Both the position numbers and the translations under genes were made by a program. This document shows, piece after piece, positions 61,187 through 64,000 of a DNA stretch of 64,000 bases; positions within the stretch are counted from its first letter, which is position 1; each line of letters starts with the position of its first letter. The DNA is from Ramazzottius varieornatus. Its lineage: Eukaryota > Animalia > Tardigrada. The DNA lies in assembly GCA_001949185.1 (NCBI GenBank), contig BDGG01000001.1:6547591-6611590 (forward strand). Direction: 5' to 3'. Under the pieces are notes generated by a model. The model saw only the letters and a list, made by a program, of their open reading frames with translations, did no database searches and had not been told where the DNA came from.

Positions 61187-62618
61187 ATGACAGCCGCGGT
61201 GGAAGGAGGATCACGTTTGACGGAGCTGGAATTGCTGATGAAGAATGCCAAAGGGAAGATGGTTGCGGATCTCATCCGTCAGATCACCGAGCTTCCTGAT
61301 GTGTATCGCTTTCAGAAGTACCTTTCCTTAGACAACATTCAGGAGGTATGTGTTGCGGAATCTCGTTTTGTAACCGAAACGAGGTGAGTTGATTTCAGCT
61401 CATTTGTGGAAAATTGAAATTTCTCTTTATTCCAGTTGGCCAAACCTGACGGGAACACTGCTATCCCGCTCCTCACTCTGTTTTCCCTGGGCACCTACAA
61501 GAATTTCAAAGGTTCGTAGTATTGCTTTTCTTGGTTTGATGAGCTCAGGGATGGCGTTACACATTTTCGGTTATAAGGAATAACATAACATTTGCCCTTT
61601 TTTATTCCAGAGAATCCTGCTGCTTTTGGTGCTTTATCGGCCAAGCAAACCTTCTGCCTTCGTTGCCTCACACTTGCATCCCTTGCAAAACAGTCCACTC
61701 ATCAGGTAACATACAAAGAAAATTTCCGTGAGATTTTTCTACAGAACAGAAGCGATGCGGAATAAATTGAGACGATTTCAGTTTTGAATTTCAATTAGGT
61801 TATACGAGGTTTGCGGTTAACAAAAAACAGCACCTAGCTAACGATTTTAATAAAAAAGTCTGAGTCTAGCCTAGAATTTGTTTTGAATTTTTTTCGACAG
61901 AAAATCTCCTTCAGTGTGATTCAAAAGGAGCTCGATCTCGCGGACAAGTGGCAAGTGTTTGACTTCCTGATCGAAGCCCTAAACTATGGCTACGTTACGG
62001 GCAAACTCGACGAGCCTGCTGGTTACCTGTATGTTGACGAGTTTATAACCCGCGACGTCGCACCGGAAGACGCCAAGAATATCAGCGCCAAACTAGAAAC
62101 CTTGTACGAAATACGATTGATACTCGGACGAAAGTCTCTGCCCCTCCTTTGTTGAATGTCATATGAATGATGTTTTTCCTTGCAGCCTGTCAGCCTGCAG
62201 CAATATGTTGGAGCACACAAAGGCCGAATCTCTGCGGCTGGATGAAGCGAAGAAGCTGAACGCGCAGCAGAAATCCGAGATTGCTTCGAAGGTACCTCAT
62301 CCAGAAACTATCCATCTGGGAAGTAGTGATGTCGTCTCGTTTCTTTCGCTCCTGTAGGTTGAGGCCGTGAAAGTGCAGTTAAGTGACGATCTCAGTTTCA
62401 ATGCGGGCAACTACGGTATGGGACACGACATGATGGGCCACAGCAAGATGGATTCCGGCAGTTCTCCCAAGATGGTCAAGACACGCTCCAAAAGGTATCG
62501 TTTACGCTCGATACGACCGTTTCGCTGCGTGTTTTTTCTGCGTAGGGAACAGCGATGGATGGATGATTTATTCAGCCTAATATCGAAGATTACGAAACTG
62601 CCACTTATAGCCTGCTAA
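61187..62618 (+). CDS. COPS7: COP9 signalosome subunit 7 (PCI domain), multi-exon; last exon tentative
   Basis: AKGKMVADLIRQITELPDVY.F..LSLDNIQE, LLTLFSLGTY, LRCLTLASLA, IQKELDL..LIEALNYG..TGKLD..TRDV. Confidence 0.85.
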
Positions 62619-63225
62619 GAACCGCCCCAACGGGCGATTTTGTCATCATTGCGCAACTTTTACCCCTACTAAACAGAAGACATGATGTTCGAACAACATT
62701 GGGAGCGGTAATTTTCCATAGAAGAAATATTGATCGAGTGATTGTCGTTCCTAAGTTGGCTGCACTTAATGTTGCGAAGCCGTTCTGTGTTTTGTTTAAT
62801 TCACTGAGTAAATCACCCGTCCATCGCTGGCAGGGAAGGAGACGAAAGTGTTGTGGTTTACTTTTTAGTTCGAAATCAGGAGGACAAGCGCAGAAGATGA
62901 ATCGTGTGTGAGCCAATGGACTGCAGTTCCAGAGATGTTTACACAAGGACGCAGTTGACATTATGGATGAGATTTTCTTTCTTTGAAAAATATGAAGTAG
63001 AAGTTAATAAGCGATTGCGCGGAATAGTTACGTGAAGTACTTACTGACCTTGAGACGACTTGCGTTATTTGCGGCAAAGTTTTGCGCGTTTAGTGGGACA
63101 ACGGCTGGGTGATGGATCGTTTTAGTCCCTTTGTACAGTACTGTATAAAGTCGACGCGGAAGTAAAGCGCAAGTTTTTGAAGTTTTCGCTTTTCGCCAGT
63201 CTTCCTTGTTGATGTGGCCTGTGGA

Positions 63226-63844
63226 TAGTGCTGGCAACGATACGGTATACCGATATCGTATCGAAATATATCGAATCTTTGCGATAAAATATGCGGCAGA
63301 TATCGTATCGAAAATATCGATATGAAACTCGTATCGAATAATGCAATAAAATATTCGGCGATATCGTATCGCGCCATATCGATATATTTTCGATATATCG
63401 ATATTTTGCTGAATGGCAAACTCGCCAGTGATATCTCGTTTACGGAAGACCATGGTTGATTCCAAAACTTGATTTTGGCCATGGTGTACCGAGCACACTC
63501 CGCCCATTCGGTTCTGGTACTAATTCTGTCCAGGTTTCCATGTGCTTGAAGTCTTGGTATAGTCATGTCTTTGCTGAATCCGACACTTTTGATCTTACTA
63601 ATACTTTATGTAGAAATCGACTTCTTGAGTTTTTGGGCTTGAACCAGTGGAATTCCGAAAAACTAAAAGTCCAGAAATACCGATTTATCGCTGCGATATG
63701 ATCCGATATATCGAAGATACGGTATCGGAAAATATCGTATCGAAATATCGATATCGAATGAATATCGAAGACCGCGATAAAACATCCGCCGATATTGTAT
63801 CGAAAAATATCGTATCGAATTTTATCGTATTATTGCCAGCACTA
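63226..63844. mobile_element. Complete hAT MITE
   Basis: TAGTGCTGGCAA..TTGCCAGCACTA ends; perfect TSD cctgtgga; CGATA/TATCG-rich arms. Confidence 0.93.
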
Positions 63845-64000
63845 CCTGTGGAGTCAGCTGAACTTCTACTGTATTCCCTCGAAAGTTCTGCGAATCACGT
63901 GACTGGCGCGGTAAATATTATCCGGCGGGGAACAGAAAGTATCTATACCTTCAATCAAAGACTGCTTCCCAGTCAAGTGTAACGATGGGCGACAATCGAA

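Noticed and set aside
63028-63566. ORFs of 158-159 aa, one sharing its N-terminus with ORF 16373-16924
   Set aside because: They are read through a MITE; the shared MGGVCSVHHGQNQV is MITE sequence.

Overview
Eukaryotic, intron-rich DNA, very probably from a eutardigrade of the Ramazzottius type; the main clue is a complete SAHS (secretory abundant heat-soluble) gene at 888-1713. Ordinary genes flank the window: Drp1/DNM1L exon 1, SAHS, an internally deleted SLC26 copy, a rhodopsin-family GPCR, an ARHGAP18/conundrum-like RhoGAP, alpha-L-fucosidase and CSN7. The centre (about 12.9-43 kb) is an accessory region dominated by an old, decayed nuclear copy of most of the mitochondrial genome (NUMT, about 17.1-38.45 kb). 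The NUMT is bracketed by a diverged ~150-bp direct repeat and sits inside an intron of a host pseudogene. At least seven insertions have since landed in it: a LINE, an apparently intact intron-containing pogo-type transposon, a hAT element with a passenger ORF, three MITEs with 8-bp TSDs and a 375-bp insert. The interrupted pseudogene is one of three local paralogues sharing an N-terminal domain I cannot name, which is fused to a TTF-like zinc finger in one copy and to BEN-like repeats in the other two. All calls come from manual reading and translation; no searches were run.
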